Assembly (NCBI GenBank): GCA_027023425.1
Contig: JALVVL010000026.1
Coordinates: 24,725-88,724, forward strand
DNA length: 64,000 nucleotides
Source: Anaerolineales bacterium
Lineage (GTDB): Bacteria; Chloroflexota; Anaerolineae; Anaerolineales; DRMV01
Reading direction: 5' to 3'
In this document: positions 46,312 to 56,058 of the stretch, in pieces
How positions within the stretch are numbered: the first letter of the stretch is position 1
How the letters are laid out: each line of letters opens with the position of its first letter
Translations under genes and position numbers: made by a program
The notes under the pieces: generated by a model
Told to the model about the DNA's origin: nothing
The model's input: the letters and a program-made list of their open reading frames with translations, nothing else
Database searches by the model: none

Positions 46312-46366
46312 TCATTAGCGCAACGACTCTACGACGTAACGACTCAACGACTGCACGATTAAACGA
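46312..46366. repeat. (AACGAC)n array, inverted relative to 45852-45905
   Basis: gcgcaacgactctacgacgtaacgactcaacgactgcacgattaaacgaa. Confidence 0.9.
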
Positions 46367-46367
46367 A

Positions 46368-47444
46368 TCAAAACTGTTCCAAAAACCTCAAATCTCCACT
46401 CCAAAAATACCTGATGTCTTCAATGTAATGGCGGAGCATGGTGATGCGCTCAGGGCCCATGCCGAAGGCAAAGCCGCTGTATTTTTCGGGGTCGTAGCCG
46501 CCGTTGCGGAGCACTACGGGGTGCACCATGCCTGCGCCTAAAATTTCCAGCCAGCCGGTGTGCTTGCACACATTGCACCCCTTGCCGCCGCAAAGGAAGC
46601 ATTCCACGTCCACTTCGGCGCTGGGCTCGGTGAAGGGGAAGTGCGAGGCGCGGAAGCGGACGCGTGCCTCCGGCCCGAACATGCGGCGCGCGAAATCCGC
46701 TAATGTGCCCTTTAGGTCGCTGAAGGTTATGTTGTGCCCCACTGCCAGCCCTTCCACCTGCGTGAATTGGATTTCGGAGCGCGCCGTGATCTGCTCGTAG
46801 CGGTACACCATCCCCGGCAAAATGACGCGCAACGGCGGCGGGTTTTCGGGCAGTGGCCCTTCGCCTGTGTAGCCGCTCATCATCCGCATCGCGTGGATTT
46901 GCCCGGGCGAGGTGTGAGTGCGAAGCACCACGGGGTAGGTGTCGTCTTCGGTTTGGGTTTTCACGTAGAAAGTGTCTTGCATTTCGCGCGCCGGATGGTG
47001 CGGCGGGATGTTGAGCAGTTGGAAGTTGTACTCATCGGTTTCAACTTCGCGCGAGCGCAAAACCTGAAAGCCCATCTCGGCAAAAATTTCGGAAATGCGG
47101 CGGATGGTTTGGGTGACGGGGTGAAGGCGCCCGGGCGCGGGCTTCCGCCCCGGCAGGGTGACGTCCAGCCTTTCTTCGGCGAGGGCGCGGCGCAGTTCCG
47201 CTTGGCGGATGGCGGCGGCGCGTTCTTCATACGCGGCTTCAAATTCGCGGCGGATTTCGTTGGTGCGCTTGCCGACCAGTGGTCGCTCTTCGGGCGGCAG
47301 TTTGCCCATCTGGGTGAAAACCTGCTTTAGCGGCGATTTGCGCCCCAAGTATGCCACGCGCCACGCTTCCAGTGCTTTGGCATCGTTGGCTTCGGCGAGT
47401 TTTGCCAATGCTTCGGCACGGATTTGCTCTAATTCTTCCAGCAT
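46368..47444 (-). CDS. pheS: Phenylalanine--tRNA ligase alpha subunit
   Basis: 358 aa. Class II motifs (HPVTQT, FRASHFPFTEPS, GMVHP...GFAFGMGPERI). AGGAGG ribosome-binding site. Confidence 0.95.
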   Translation of the reverse strand: MLEELEQIRAEALAKLAEANDAKALEAWRVAYLGRKSPLKQVFTQMGKLPPEERPLVGKRTNEIRREFEAAYEERAAAIRQAELRRALAEERLDVTLPGRKPAPGRLHPVTQTIRRISEIFAEMGFQVLRSREVETDEYNFQLLNIPPHHPAREMQDTFYVKTQTEDDTYPVVLRTHTSPGQIHAMRMMSGYTGEGPLPENPPPLRVILPGMVYRYEQITARSEIQFTQVEGLAVGHNITFSDLKGTLADFARRMFGPEARVRFRASHFPFTEPSAEVDVECFLCGGKGCNVCKHTGWLEILGAGMVHPVVLRNGGYDPEKYSGFAFGMGPERITMLRHYIEDIRYFWSGDLRFLEQF

Positions 47445-47505
47445 AATGCCTCCTCAAATAACTGCAAAATTGCCAGAGCGCCCTGCCTGACACAGCGCTC
47501 ATTTT

Positions 47506-47578
47506 CTCACACGGAGGGCACAGGGGACACTGAGAGCGCTGAGAAAAATCTCTGTGTTCCCCGTGTTCCCTGTGTGAG
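47506..47578. repeat. Long imperfect palindrome (CACGGAG/CACAGGG units) in the holB-pheS spacer
   Basis: ctcacacggagggcacaggggacactgaga ... tctctgtgttccccgtgttccctgtgtgag. Confidence 0.85.
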
Positions 47579-47581
47579 TTG

Positions 47582-48571
47582 TTATTGAACTCGCGGCAGG
47601 GCGAGCATGATGTTTTCCGCCACGAGGCGGGTGTTGACGAAGTGGTCAAGGTCTTCCAGCGCTTGCGTGAGCCGCCGGACGATTTGGAGCGCCTCTTGGG
47701 GCGTGAGCACTGCCGCGAGTGCCTCAATTTCCATTTCTTTGTCGGGGTTTGCGGGCAAAATTTCGGCTCCGGCGGAGCGGACGAGCACGTCTCGCCAAAA
47801 CGAAAGCCAATAGGTGAGAATTTTGGAAAGCACCCTGCGGTCTTTTGCCCATTCGGCGGCGCGGGCAAAACGCTCAATGCGGTCGGCGGCGACCATTTCC
47901 CAAAGGCTATCCAAAGCCTCGCGGCGTTCTTCAAGCAGTTCGGGGTGCTTGTGCAGTGCCAGAGCGTAGCCCGGCCTTCCGCCCGAAATTTGCGCCAGCG
48001 CGACCGCGCCTTCTTCGGTCAAGCCGAGCCGCTTTTGGAGTGCGGCGGCGATTTCAGTTGTGGGCACGGGGCGCAGGCGCACCACCTCGCACCTTGAAAC
48101 GACTGTGGGCAAAAGCGCCTCGGCGCTTTCGGCGGTCAGCAAAAGGATGGCGCTCGGCGGCGGTTCTTCCAGCGTTTTGAGAAGGGCGTTTGCCGCGGCG
48201 GGGTTTGCCCGCTCAAAATCCAACAGCAAGCCGATGCGGTAAGGCGCGCTCAGCGGCGAAAGCGAAAGCAGGCGCTCAAGCGCCCGCACTTGCTCAACTT
48301 TGATGACGGATGAGCCTTCCTCGCGGCGGACTATGGCGAGGTCGGGGTGCGTCATTCGCTCAATTTGGCGGCAGTTGCGGCATTTGCCGCAGGCTTCACC
48401 TTTGGAGGGCGGGTTTTCGCAAACCAAAGCCTGAGCGAAGCGCAATGCTAACGTGCGCCGTCCCACGCCATCCGGGCCGGTGAAAAGGTAGGCGTGGCGC
48501 ACGTTGCCGTTGCGGATGTGGCTCTGTAACAGCGCAACCGCCCATTCATGCCCGATTAGGTTCCAACTCAT
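47582..48571 (-). CDS. holB: DNA polymerase III delta' subunit
   Basis: ATG 48571 (MSWNLIGHEW). HAYLFTGPDGVGRRT and CGKCRNCRQIERMTHPD. The tracked N-terminal extension is translated GGTCGTT repeat and is rejected. Confidence 0.8.
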   Translation of the reverse strand: MSWNLIGHEWAVALLQSHIRNGNVRHAYLFTGPDGVGRRTLALRFAQALVCENPPSKGEACGKCRNCRQIERMTHPDLAIVRREEGSSVIKVEQVRALERLLSLSPLSAPYRIGLLLDFERANPAAANALLKTLEEPPPSAILLLTAESAEALLPTVVSRCEVVRLRPVPTTEIAAALQKRLGLTEEGAVALAQISGGRPGYALALHKHPELLEERREALDSLWEMVAADRIERFARAAEWAKDRRVLSKILTYWLSFWRDVLVRSAGAEILPANPDKEMEIEALAAVLTPQEALQIVRRLTQALEDLDHFVNTRLVAENIMLALPRVQ

Positions 48572-48577
48572 GGCTTC

Positions 48578-48606
48578 ATTGTAGCCCAAAGAGCGGCGCG
48601 CGGCAA
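48578..48606 (-). promoter_or_regulatory. Candidate promoter with leaderless geometry for holB
   Basis: Minus strand reads TTGCCG-17 nt-TACAAT-6 nt-ATG. No Shine-Dalgarno sequence. Confidence 0.4.
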
Positions 48607-48621
48607 GGGAAGTTGGGAGGA

Positions 48622-48711
48622 GTGTGGGCGTTGGGGTGTTGGGTTGTTGGGTGGTTGGGTCGTTAGGTCGTTGGGTCGTTGGGTCGTTGGGTCGTTGGGT
48701 CGTTGGGGCGT
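48622..48711. repeat. (GGGTYGTT)n octamer array
   Basis: gggtcgtt occurs five times in perfect tandem at 48657-48705, preceded by degenerate units. Confidence 0.9.
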
Positions 48712-48720
48712 AAAGGCTGG

Positions 48721-48852
48721 GGAAAACACAGAAGACACAAAAATACCACAGAAAACACAGATTTACATTGCGAAAAAGAAAAACCACAGAGGACACAGAA
48801 ATTCACAGAGAACACAGAAAAAAATCTGTGCTAATCTGTGTAATCTGTGGAT
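48721..48852. repeat. CACAGA-type arrays and ATCTGTG hairpin arm
   Basis: ccacagaggacacagaaattcacagagaacacaga-aaaaa-atctgtgctaatctgtgtaatctgtgg. Confidence 0.85.
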
Positions 48853-48856
48853 TTTT

Positions 48857-49156
48857 TCTTGGCGTTCTTTGTGTCCTTGGCGACCTTGGCGTTACTCTCT
48901 GCGCCTCTGTTTCCTCTACGTCTCTGCGTTACTTTCTTGGCGTTCTTTGTGTCCTTGGCGCCCTTGGCATCTCTGCGTTCCTCTGCGTCTCTGTTTCCTC
49001 TGCGTCTCTGCGTTACTTTCTTGGCGTCCTTTGTGCCCTTGGCGCCCTTGGCGTCTCTGCGTTCCTCTGCGCCTCTGTTTCCTCTGCGTCTCTGCGTTAC
49101 CCTTGGCGTCCTTGGCGCAACCTCTTGGCGCCCTTGGCATCAATCTCTCTGCGTTC
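48857..49156. repeat. 84-bp tandem repeat (~3.5 copies) built from CCTTGGCG and CTCTGCGT sub-repeats
   Basis: TCTCTGCGTTAC recurs at 48921, 49005 and 49089 (period 84). The array abuts the pyrH stop codon. Confidence 0.9.
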
Positions 49157-49159
49157 TTC

Positions 49160-50568
<1,409 letters not shown>

Positions 50569-50655
50569 AGTTACCTTCCTCGGATGTGGAGATTGGTTGC
50601 ACGGCGCGCCGACAAGAAGCCGGTGCTCCTTGTCGGCGCGGTGAGGGGATGCTGT

Positions 50656-51636
50656 TTAGTTTTCCTGCTCTGCGGCTTCAGCGTTTTCTTTAGCCTTTTC
50701 GGCAGGTTCTTCGGCTTCGGCGGGTTCTTCCGCCGCCTCGGCCTCAGGTTCTGCTTCGGCCTCGGCTTCAGGAGCGGCTTCTTCGGCAGCCTCGGCTTCT
50801 TGCTCCTCAGCAGTAGGCTCGGCTTCGGCTTGGATTTTTTCAAGCGTAGAAGTGCCCAAAAGCGCCTCGTCGGGGATTTCTACCTCTTCCTCTTCGTAGG
50901 CGCGAGCCGCCATCGTTTCGGCTTCGGCTTCTGCTTCGGCCTGCTCTTTTTCGCGGATGGCTTTGCCTTCCAGCACGGCGTCGGCAATTTTGCCCACGAT
51001 GAGTTTGATGGCGCGGATGGCGTCGTCGTTGGAGGGTATCACGTAGTCCACGCGGCTGGGGTCGCAGTTGGTGTCCACCACCGCCACGACGGGGATTTCC
51101 AAGCGGTTGGCTTCTTTGATTGCGGTTTCTTCGCGGCATACGTCCACCACGAAGACAATGTCGGGCAGGCCTTTCATCACGCGCAGGCCGCCGACGCGCT
51201 GCTGCAGGCGGTTGATTTGGCGGTTGAGTTGCAGGGCTTCTTTTTTGGTGAGCCGTTCAAATTCGCCGGCGTCGCGGCGGCGTTCCAGTTCCTCAAGGTA
51301 GCGGACGCGTTGGCCGATGGTGCGCCAGTTGGTCAGCGTGCCGCCGAGCCAGCGGTAATTGACATAGGGCATACCGCACCGCTGGGCTTCGCTGGCGATT
51401 GTTTCCTGCGCTTGGCGCTTGGTGCCGACGAAGAGGACTGTGCCGCCTTTGGCGACGGTGTCGCGCACGAGGTTGTACGCTTCTTTCAGGGCTTTTTGGG
51501 TGATTTGCAGGTTGATGATGTGGATGCCGTTGCGCTCGGTGAAAACATACGGGCGCATGTTGGGGTGCAACTTGCGGGTGCGATGCCCGAAGTGCACACC
51601 GCATTCAAGCATGGTTTTCATAGAAACGAGAGCCAT
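50656..51636 (-). CDS. rpsB: 30S ribosomal protein S2 with E/A-rich acidic C-terminal extension
   Basis: [19 protein letters not shown] and GTKRQAQE. Roughly 90 aa of EAEAEAE... tail beyond the usual S2 core. Confidence 0.95.
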   Translation of the reverse strand: MALVSMKTMLECGVHFGHRTRKLHPNMRPYVFTERNGIHIINLQITQKALKEAYNLVRDTVAKGGTVLFVGTKRQAQETIASEAQRCGMPYVNYRWLGGTLTNWRTIGQRVRYLEELERRRDAGEFERLTKKEALQLNRQINRLQQRVGGLRVMKGLPDIVFVVDVCREETAIKEANRLEIPVVAVVDTNCDPSRVDYVIPSNDDAIRAIKLIVGKIADAVLEGKAIREKEQAEAEAEAETMAARAYEEEEVEIPDEALLGTSTLEKIQAEAEPTAEEQEAEAAEEAAPEAEAEAEPEAEAAEEPAEAEEPAEKAKENAEAAEQEN

Positions 51637-51854
51637 ACTACCTCCTTGAGCGTTTTGCCTCCGCTCCCGTCACCCTTGGGCGGCACCGCACAGCGGCCCT
51701 CTGCGCGGCACGCACCGCCAAGTCGGGGAGCGTGCGAGATTTGCTTCCGCCGACGCGAAAGCGGGCAGAGTATAACATAAGAAGCGCTCTTCGTCCAATT
51801 TTTTTGGTCGGTGGCTTCGTTTGCTTCGGTTTGTGGTAGTATTATTGATAAGAC

Positions 51855-51996
51855 TTACACAGTTGCTCGCAGAAGCGTCCGTTTTTATGTCATGGCGAGC
51901 CGCCTATGGCGGCGAAGCCATCCCCCAGACGGTGGGGGAGACCGCCGAAGCGGCCTCCGACTGCCTCGCGGTCACATAAAGCAGGGGACTGCATAA
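51855..51996 (+). repeat. E143 element, copy 2 (diverged)
   Basis: TTACACAGTT...ATGTCATGGCGAGCCGCCtatGGCGGCGAAGCCATCCCCCAG...ACTGCATAA. Ends 33 nt before ATG 52030. Confidence 0.85.
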
Positions 51997-52029
51997 CTCC
52001 CGTTATTGAAATCTTTTGGAGGATGAGGT

Positions 52030-53205
52030 ATGGACAACACCGTTGTGCTGGAGAAGATTGCTCGCGAGGTTGAGGCGTATCTCGGTGAGGAGGATGCCTC
52101 TAAGGCGCGCTACCAATTGCAAATGCAGGTCGCTAATTATTTCGTAGGGATGTTTTTAGCGTTGGTGGTGGCGCTTTTTTGGCTGCCTACTGGCTTTGCG
52201 GTTGACTTGCGCAATGCTTTGAATGCCAATAGTACATGGTGGGCTACGTGGCTTGCTTTGCTGGTGTTTTTGGCTGTGGATGCGTTGTTTAGTTTTCCCC
52301 TCGCGTGGTATTTTGAGTTTCGTTTGGAAAACCGCCTTGGCACTAATCGCCAGTCGTTTGTCGGTTGGCTTTGGGATCAGTTCAAGCAGATGGCATTGAA
52401 CTTGCTACTGCAAAGTGTGCTGTTTTTGGCTTTGTACCTCATCTTCCGCCGTTGGCCTGATTATTGGCTGCCGGGGATGGTGGCGATTGTTGTGGTGTTT
52501 ATATTTGTTTTGCACTTGCTTTCGCCTTTATTTGTGCGGATGCAGTACAAATCTGAACCGCTTGATTCGCCGGAACTGACCGAGCGGTTGAGGGCTTTGT
52601 TTGAGCGTGCCGGGGTGCGCTTTTCCGGGGTTGGAGTGCTGAAGTTTGGCGAGAAAACTGCCCGTTCTAACGCCGCCGTAATTCCGGATGGGGTCGGGAA
52701 TAAGGTGGTGATTTCGGACACTTTGTTGGAAAAAAACGACCCCGAAGTTATAGAGGTGGTGGTTGCCCACGAGTTGGGTCACAAAGTCCATAAAGATTTG
52801 CTCAAGCAGTATGTGGCCATCGGCACTATGCTGATTGTTGTGCTTCTTGCGGCCTATTGGGTTCTTCAGACGGTTGGGCGCTGGGATGGGTTGGGCGGCC
52901 CTACCGATGTGGCTACTTTCCCCTTGCTCTCTTTGGTTATTGCGTGGGGCTTTGGCTTATTGCAGGTTGGGCTGAACGCGTTTAGCAGAAGGCTGGAAAG
53001 GGCGGCGGATGCGTACTCTTTGCGCTTGACAGGCAATCCTGAGGCTTTTGAGCGCGCAATGTTGCTTTTGGCAAAGGACAATAAAAGTTTTCCTTTGCCG
53101 CCAAGTTGGGTTGAGACGCTTTTTTATTCGCACCCGAGCATAGCGAAGCGGATTTACGCGGCGCGGCGCTATGCGCCCCATCGTTCGGCAAGCGGTGGCG
53201 CTTGA
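52030..53205 (+). CDS. M48-family (Ste24/HtpX-like) membrane zinc metalloprotease
   Basis: Multiple TM helices. HELGH zinc motif (VVAHELGHKVHKD). C-terminal HPSIAKR. Confidence 0.8.
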   Translation: MDNTVVLEKIAREVEAYLGEEDASKARYQLQMQVANYFVGMFLALVVALFWLPTGFAVDLRNALNANSTWWATWLALLVFLAVDALFSFPLAWYFEFRLENRLGTNRQSFVGWLWDQFKQMALNLLLQSVLFLALYLIFRRWPDYWLPGMVAIVVVFIFVLHLLSPLFVRMQYKSEPLDSPELTERLRALFERAGVRFSGVGVLKFGEKTARSNAAVIPDGVGNKVVISDTLLEKNDPEVIEVVVAHELGHKVHKDLLKQYVAIGTMLIVVLLAAYWVLQTVGRWDGLGGPTDVATFPLLSLVIAWGFGLLQVGLNAFSRRLERAADAYSLRLTGNPEAFERAMLLLAKDNKSFPLPPSWVETLFYSHPSIAKRIYAARRYAPHRSASGGA

Positions 53206-53330
53206 GAGGTGAACCGTTTTCGTGTTTTCCTTATTTCTCATTTACTTGACTTTCCCCGAAAGGCGTGTTAACCTATTCCTACCTCTCACAGCAGGGGATT
53301 CGTTTTTGGTACCCATGAAGGAGAGATATA

Positions 53331-54008
53331 ATGCGCACAAATAAAACACTGGCATTGGTTGCACTGATTCTGGCGGCGCTTTTGTTGCTGGGGGCCTGCA
53401 CTCGTTCGGCAACCGGCAAGGTGGAATTTACGCCGGTGCCGCAGGTGACCGCTTTCCCGACGCCGGTGCCTTTGAACGGCACTGGTGAGGTAACTGTTAC
53501 TCCGACCGCAACTGAGGTGCAGAAGGTCGCCACTCAAGTGGTTGAGGCTTCGCCTACGCCTAAACCTACGCCCAAACCCAAGCCCAAGCCTAAGCCAACT
53601 CACAAACCTTCCCCTACCAAAGCGCCGACCAAAGCCCCTACCAGCGTGCCGAAGCACAATGCGGGCGTGCAGGTTCCTTCAAAATATGTGCTTCACAAAG
53701 GGGAATATCCTTACTGCATAGCCCGGCGCTTTGATATTGACCCTGACGCCCTCTTGCGGGCTAACAATTTGCGGCGCGGCCAGTGGGTGTATCCGGGGAC
53801 GGAACTCGTCATCCCGAAAAATGCTGGGCATTTCCCCTACCAGCGCGCGTGGCACAGCCACCCAACCGATTACACCGTGCGCTATGGCGATACAATTTAC
53901 AGCATTGCCTGCTGGTTTGGCGACGTGACGCCGGAAGAAATCGCCGCGGCTAACGGCATCAGTGTGAATACCCCGCTCACGCCCGGGCAAGTTTTGCACA
54001 TACCGTAA
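53331..54008 (+). CDS. Secreted lipoprotein with PT/K-rich linker and two LysM domains
   Basis: Signal with lipobox LLLGAC. PTPKPTPKPKPKPKP linker. YVLHKGEYPYCIARRF and YTVRYGDTIYSIACWF LysM-like repeats. Confidence 0.75.
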   Translation: MRTNKTLALVALILAALLLLGACTRSATGKVEFTPVPQVTAFPTPVPLNGTGEVTVTPTATEVQKVATQVVEASPTPKPTPKPKPKPKPTHKPSPTKAPTKAPTSVPKHNAGVQVPSKYVLHKGEYPYCIARRFDIDPDALLRANNLRRGQWVYPGTELVIPKNAGHFPYQRAWHSHPTDYTVRYGDTIYSIACWFGDVTPEEIAAANGISVNTPLTPGQVLHIP

Positions 54009-54030
54009 GTTGGTTACACCGAGGTTTTAC

Positions 54031-54063
54031 GGGGCGTCGCGGGCAAGCGGCGCCCCTTTTTTT
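54031..54063 (+). terminator. Rho-independent terminator after the LysM gene
   Basis: GGGGCGTCGC-gggcaa-GCGGCGCCCC followed by T7. Confidence 0.85.
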
Positions 54064-54076
54064 GGAGGTTTGTGCC

Positions 54077-54622
54077 ATGAAACCTGAAGTTTTGCAATCT
54101 GAAATTGTTTTTCAAGGCAAGGTTTTTACAGTGCGGCGCGATGCTGTCCGCTTACCTAATGGGCGCGTTGCTCATCTTGACATCATCGCCCACCACGGTG
54201 CGGTTACGATGCTCCCGATAGACGCTGAGGGGAATGTGTGGTTTGTGCGCCAATACCGGCACGCGGCGGGCGAAACCATTTTGGAACTGCCCGCGGGCAC
54301 TCTTGAACCCGGCGAACCGCCTGAAGCCTGCGCCGCGCGTGAGTTGCAGGAAGAGATCGGCATGGCCGCTGAGAATTTGACCCTCCTTGGAGAGTTTTAC
54401 CTCGCTCCGGGCTATTCTACCGAGTATCAGTACATTTACCTTGCTACTGGCCTTACCCCCTCTTCGTTGCCCCAGGATGCCGATGAAATTTTGGAACCGG
54501 TGGCTTTCCCGTATGAAGAGGTGGTGAAGATGGCGCGCGAGGGCAAAATCCGCGACGCCAAAACCCTCGCCGCGCTGTTTTTAGCCGCCGCACGCGGGGT
54601 TGTAGAACTCGTGGGGCGTTGA
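54077..54622 (+). CDS. NUDIX hydrolase (ADP-ribose pyrophosphatase-like)
   Basis: ATG 54077 with GGAGG upstream. Nudix box GTLEPGEPPEACAARELQEEIG. Confidence 0.85.
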   Translation: MKPEVLQSEIVFQGKVFTVRRDAVRLPNGRVAHLDIIAHHGAVTMLPIDAEGNVWFVRQYRHAAGETILELPAGTLEPGEPPEACAARELQEEIGMAAENLTLLGEFYLAPGYSTEYQYIYLATGLTPSSLPQDADEILEPVAFPYEEVVKMAREGKIRDAKTLAALFLAAARGVVELVGR

Positions 54623-54876
54623 ATCGTAAAGTCGTAAGGTCGTTGAATCGTTAGGTCGTTGAGTCGTTGGGTCGTAATCTGCGTTAATCTGTGGTTCTCA
54701 TCCACCGATTGACACAGATTTTCACCGATTGGATAGTTGAAACCGTAGATTTCGCAGGTCTCGTAGAAAAATCTGTGCTCATCTGTGTAATCTGTGGTTT
54801 TCTCTCTGCGCCTTTGTTTCCTCTGCGTCTCTGCGATTACCATCCACCGATTGACACAGATTTACACTGATAGAAC
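54623..54876. repeat. GTCGT octamer array followed by CACAGATT/GCAGATTT/CCACCGATTGACACAGATT modules
   Basis: Read directly. Same orientation as 61580-62105. Confidence 0.9.
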
Positions 54877-55019
54877 TCACGCAGTTGCCCGTAGAAGCGC
54901 TCGTTTTCATGTCATGGCGAGCCGCCGTAGGCGGCGAAGCCATCCCCCAGATGATGGGGGAGACCGCTTCGGCTGTCTACGACCGCCTCGCGGCGACATA
55001 AAGGAGGAGAACTGCGTAA
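54877..55019 (+). repeat. E143 element, copy 3
   Basis: Near-identical to copy 1 (TCACGCAGTT...AACTGCGTAA). Ends 45 nt before GTG 55065. Confidence 0.9.
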
Positions 55020-55064
55020 CTCCTATGCTCTAAAATGAAATCCCTTTTTGACGGAGGATAAGCA

Positions 55065-56036
55065 GTGTTGAAAAAACACTTCATTTTGGGCTTGTTGGTT
55101 TTGCTGGCCGCGGCTTTTGTAAGCGGTTGTGGAAGGGCAAAGTCGGTTTCAAGTGCCAGTGATGAGGTTCTTATCATCTTCCACGCTGGAAGTCTGACCG
55201 TGCCCATCCAAAGGCTGACCGAGGCTTTTCGGCAGGAGCACCCCAAAGTCCGTTTCCAGACCGAAGCCGGAGGAAGTCGCTCGGTGGTGCGCAAGGTCAG
55301 CGAACTCGGCAAGCCCGCCGATTTGGTCTTCGTGGCCGATTACACAGTGATTGATCAGTTGCTAATGCCCAAGTTCGCCACGTGGAACATCAAATTTGCG
55401 CGCAACACGATGGTTTTGGCATACACCGACCGCTCCAAGTACGCCGATGAAATCACTCCCGATAATTGGTATAAAATTCTCCTGCGCGACGGCGTGGTTT
55501 ACGGGCATTCCGACCCCAACGCCGACCCGTGCGGCTACCGCACGCTGATGGTTTGGCAGTTGGCGGAAAAGTTCTACGACGTGCCCGGCCTCTATTCCCA
55601 ACTTTCCGACCACTGCCCGCCGCGCAACGTCCGCCCCAAAGCGGTGGAATTGCTGGCCTTGTTGCAGTCGGGTGACATGGATTACGCTTTTGAATATCGC
55701 TCGGTGGCGGTGCAACACAATCTCAAATTTGTGCAACCGCCGCCGCAAATAAACCTCGGCGACCCGAAATACGCCGATTTTTACGCCCAAGCCAAGGTAG
55801 AAGTGAGCGGCGCAAAGCCCGGCACGACCATCACCAAGGTAGGCGCGCCGATAATTTACGGCGTTACCATCCCTAAGACCGCGCCTCATCCCGATTTGGC
55901 GGCGGAGTTTCTGCGCTTTGTGCTCAGCCAGCAGGGGCAAAAAATTTTAGACCAAGCCGGACAGCCGCCCCTCATCCCGCCGCAGGCGGAGAACGCCGAC
56001 GCCCTCCCATCCGCCCTACGCCCGCTTTTCCCCTGA
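55065..56036 (+). CDS. Molybdate/tungstate ABC transporter substrate-binding lipoprotein (WtpA/ModA-like)
   Basis: Lipobox FVSGC. HAGSL...EAGGS...DYAFEYRS pattern of oxyanion-binding proteins. Confidence 0.75.
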   Translation: MLKKHFILGLLVLLAAAFVSGCGRAKSVSSASDEVLIIFHAGSLTVPIQRLTEAFRQEHPKVRFQTEAGGSRSVVRKVSELGKPADLVFVADYTVIDQLLMPKFATWNIKFARNTMVLAYTDRSKYADEITPDNWYKILLRDGVVYGHSDPNADPCGYRTLMVWQLAEKFYDVPGLYSQLSDHCPPRNVRPKAVELLALLQSGDMDYAFEYRSVAVQHNLKFVQPPPQINLGDPKYADFYAQAKVEVSGAKPGTTITKVGAPIIYGVTIPKTAPHPDLAAEFLRFVLSQQGQKILDQAGQPPLIPPQAENADALPSALRPLFP

Positions 56037-56058
56037 TTACCGAGCACTCGGAGGCATT

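Noticed and set aside
48572-48796. N-terminal extension of holB (..PTTQRPNDPTTQRPNDPTTQ..)
   Set aside because: It is a translated GGGTCGTT tandem array. The conserved holB N-terminus begins at ATG 48571.
48857-49156. 84-bp in-frame tandem repeat as a repetitive protein-coding region
   Set aside because: All three frames are open only because the repeat lacks stop-forming triplets. There is no initiation context. The same sub-repeats occur inverted and clearly non-coding at 6806-6862.
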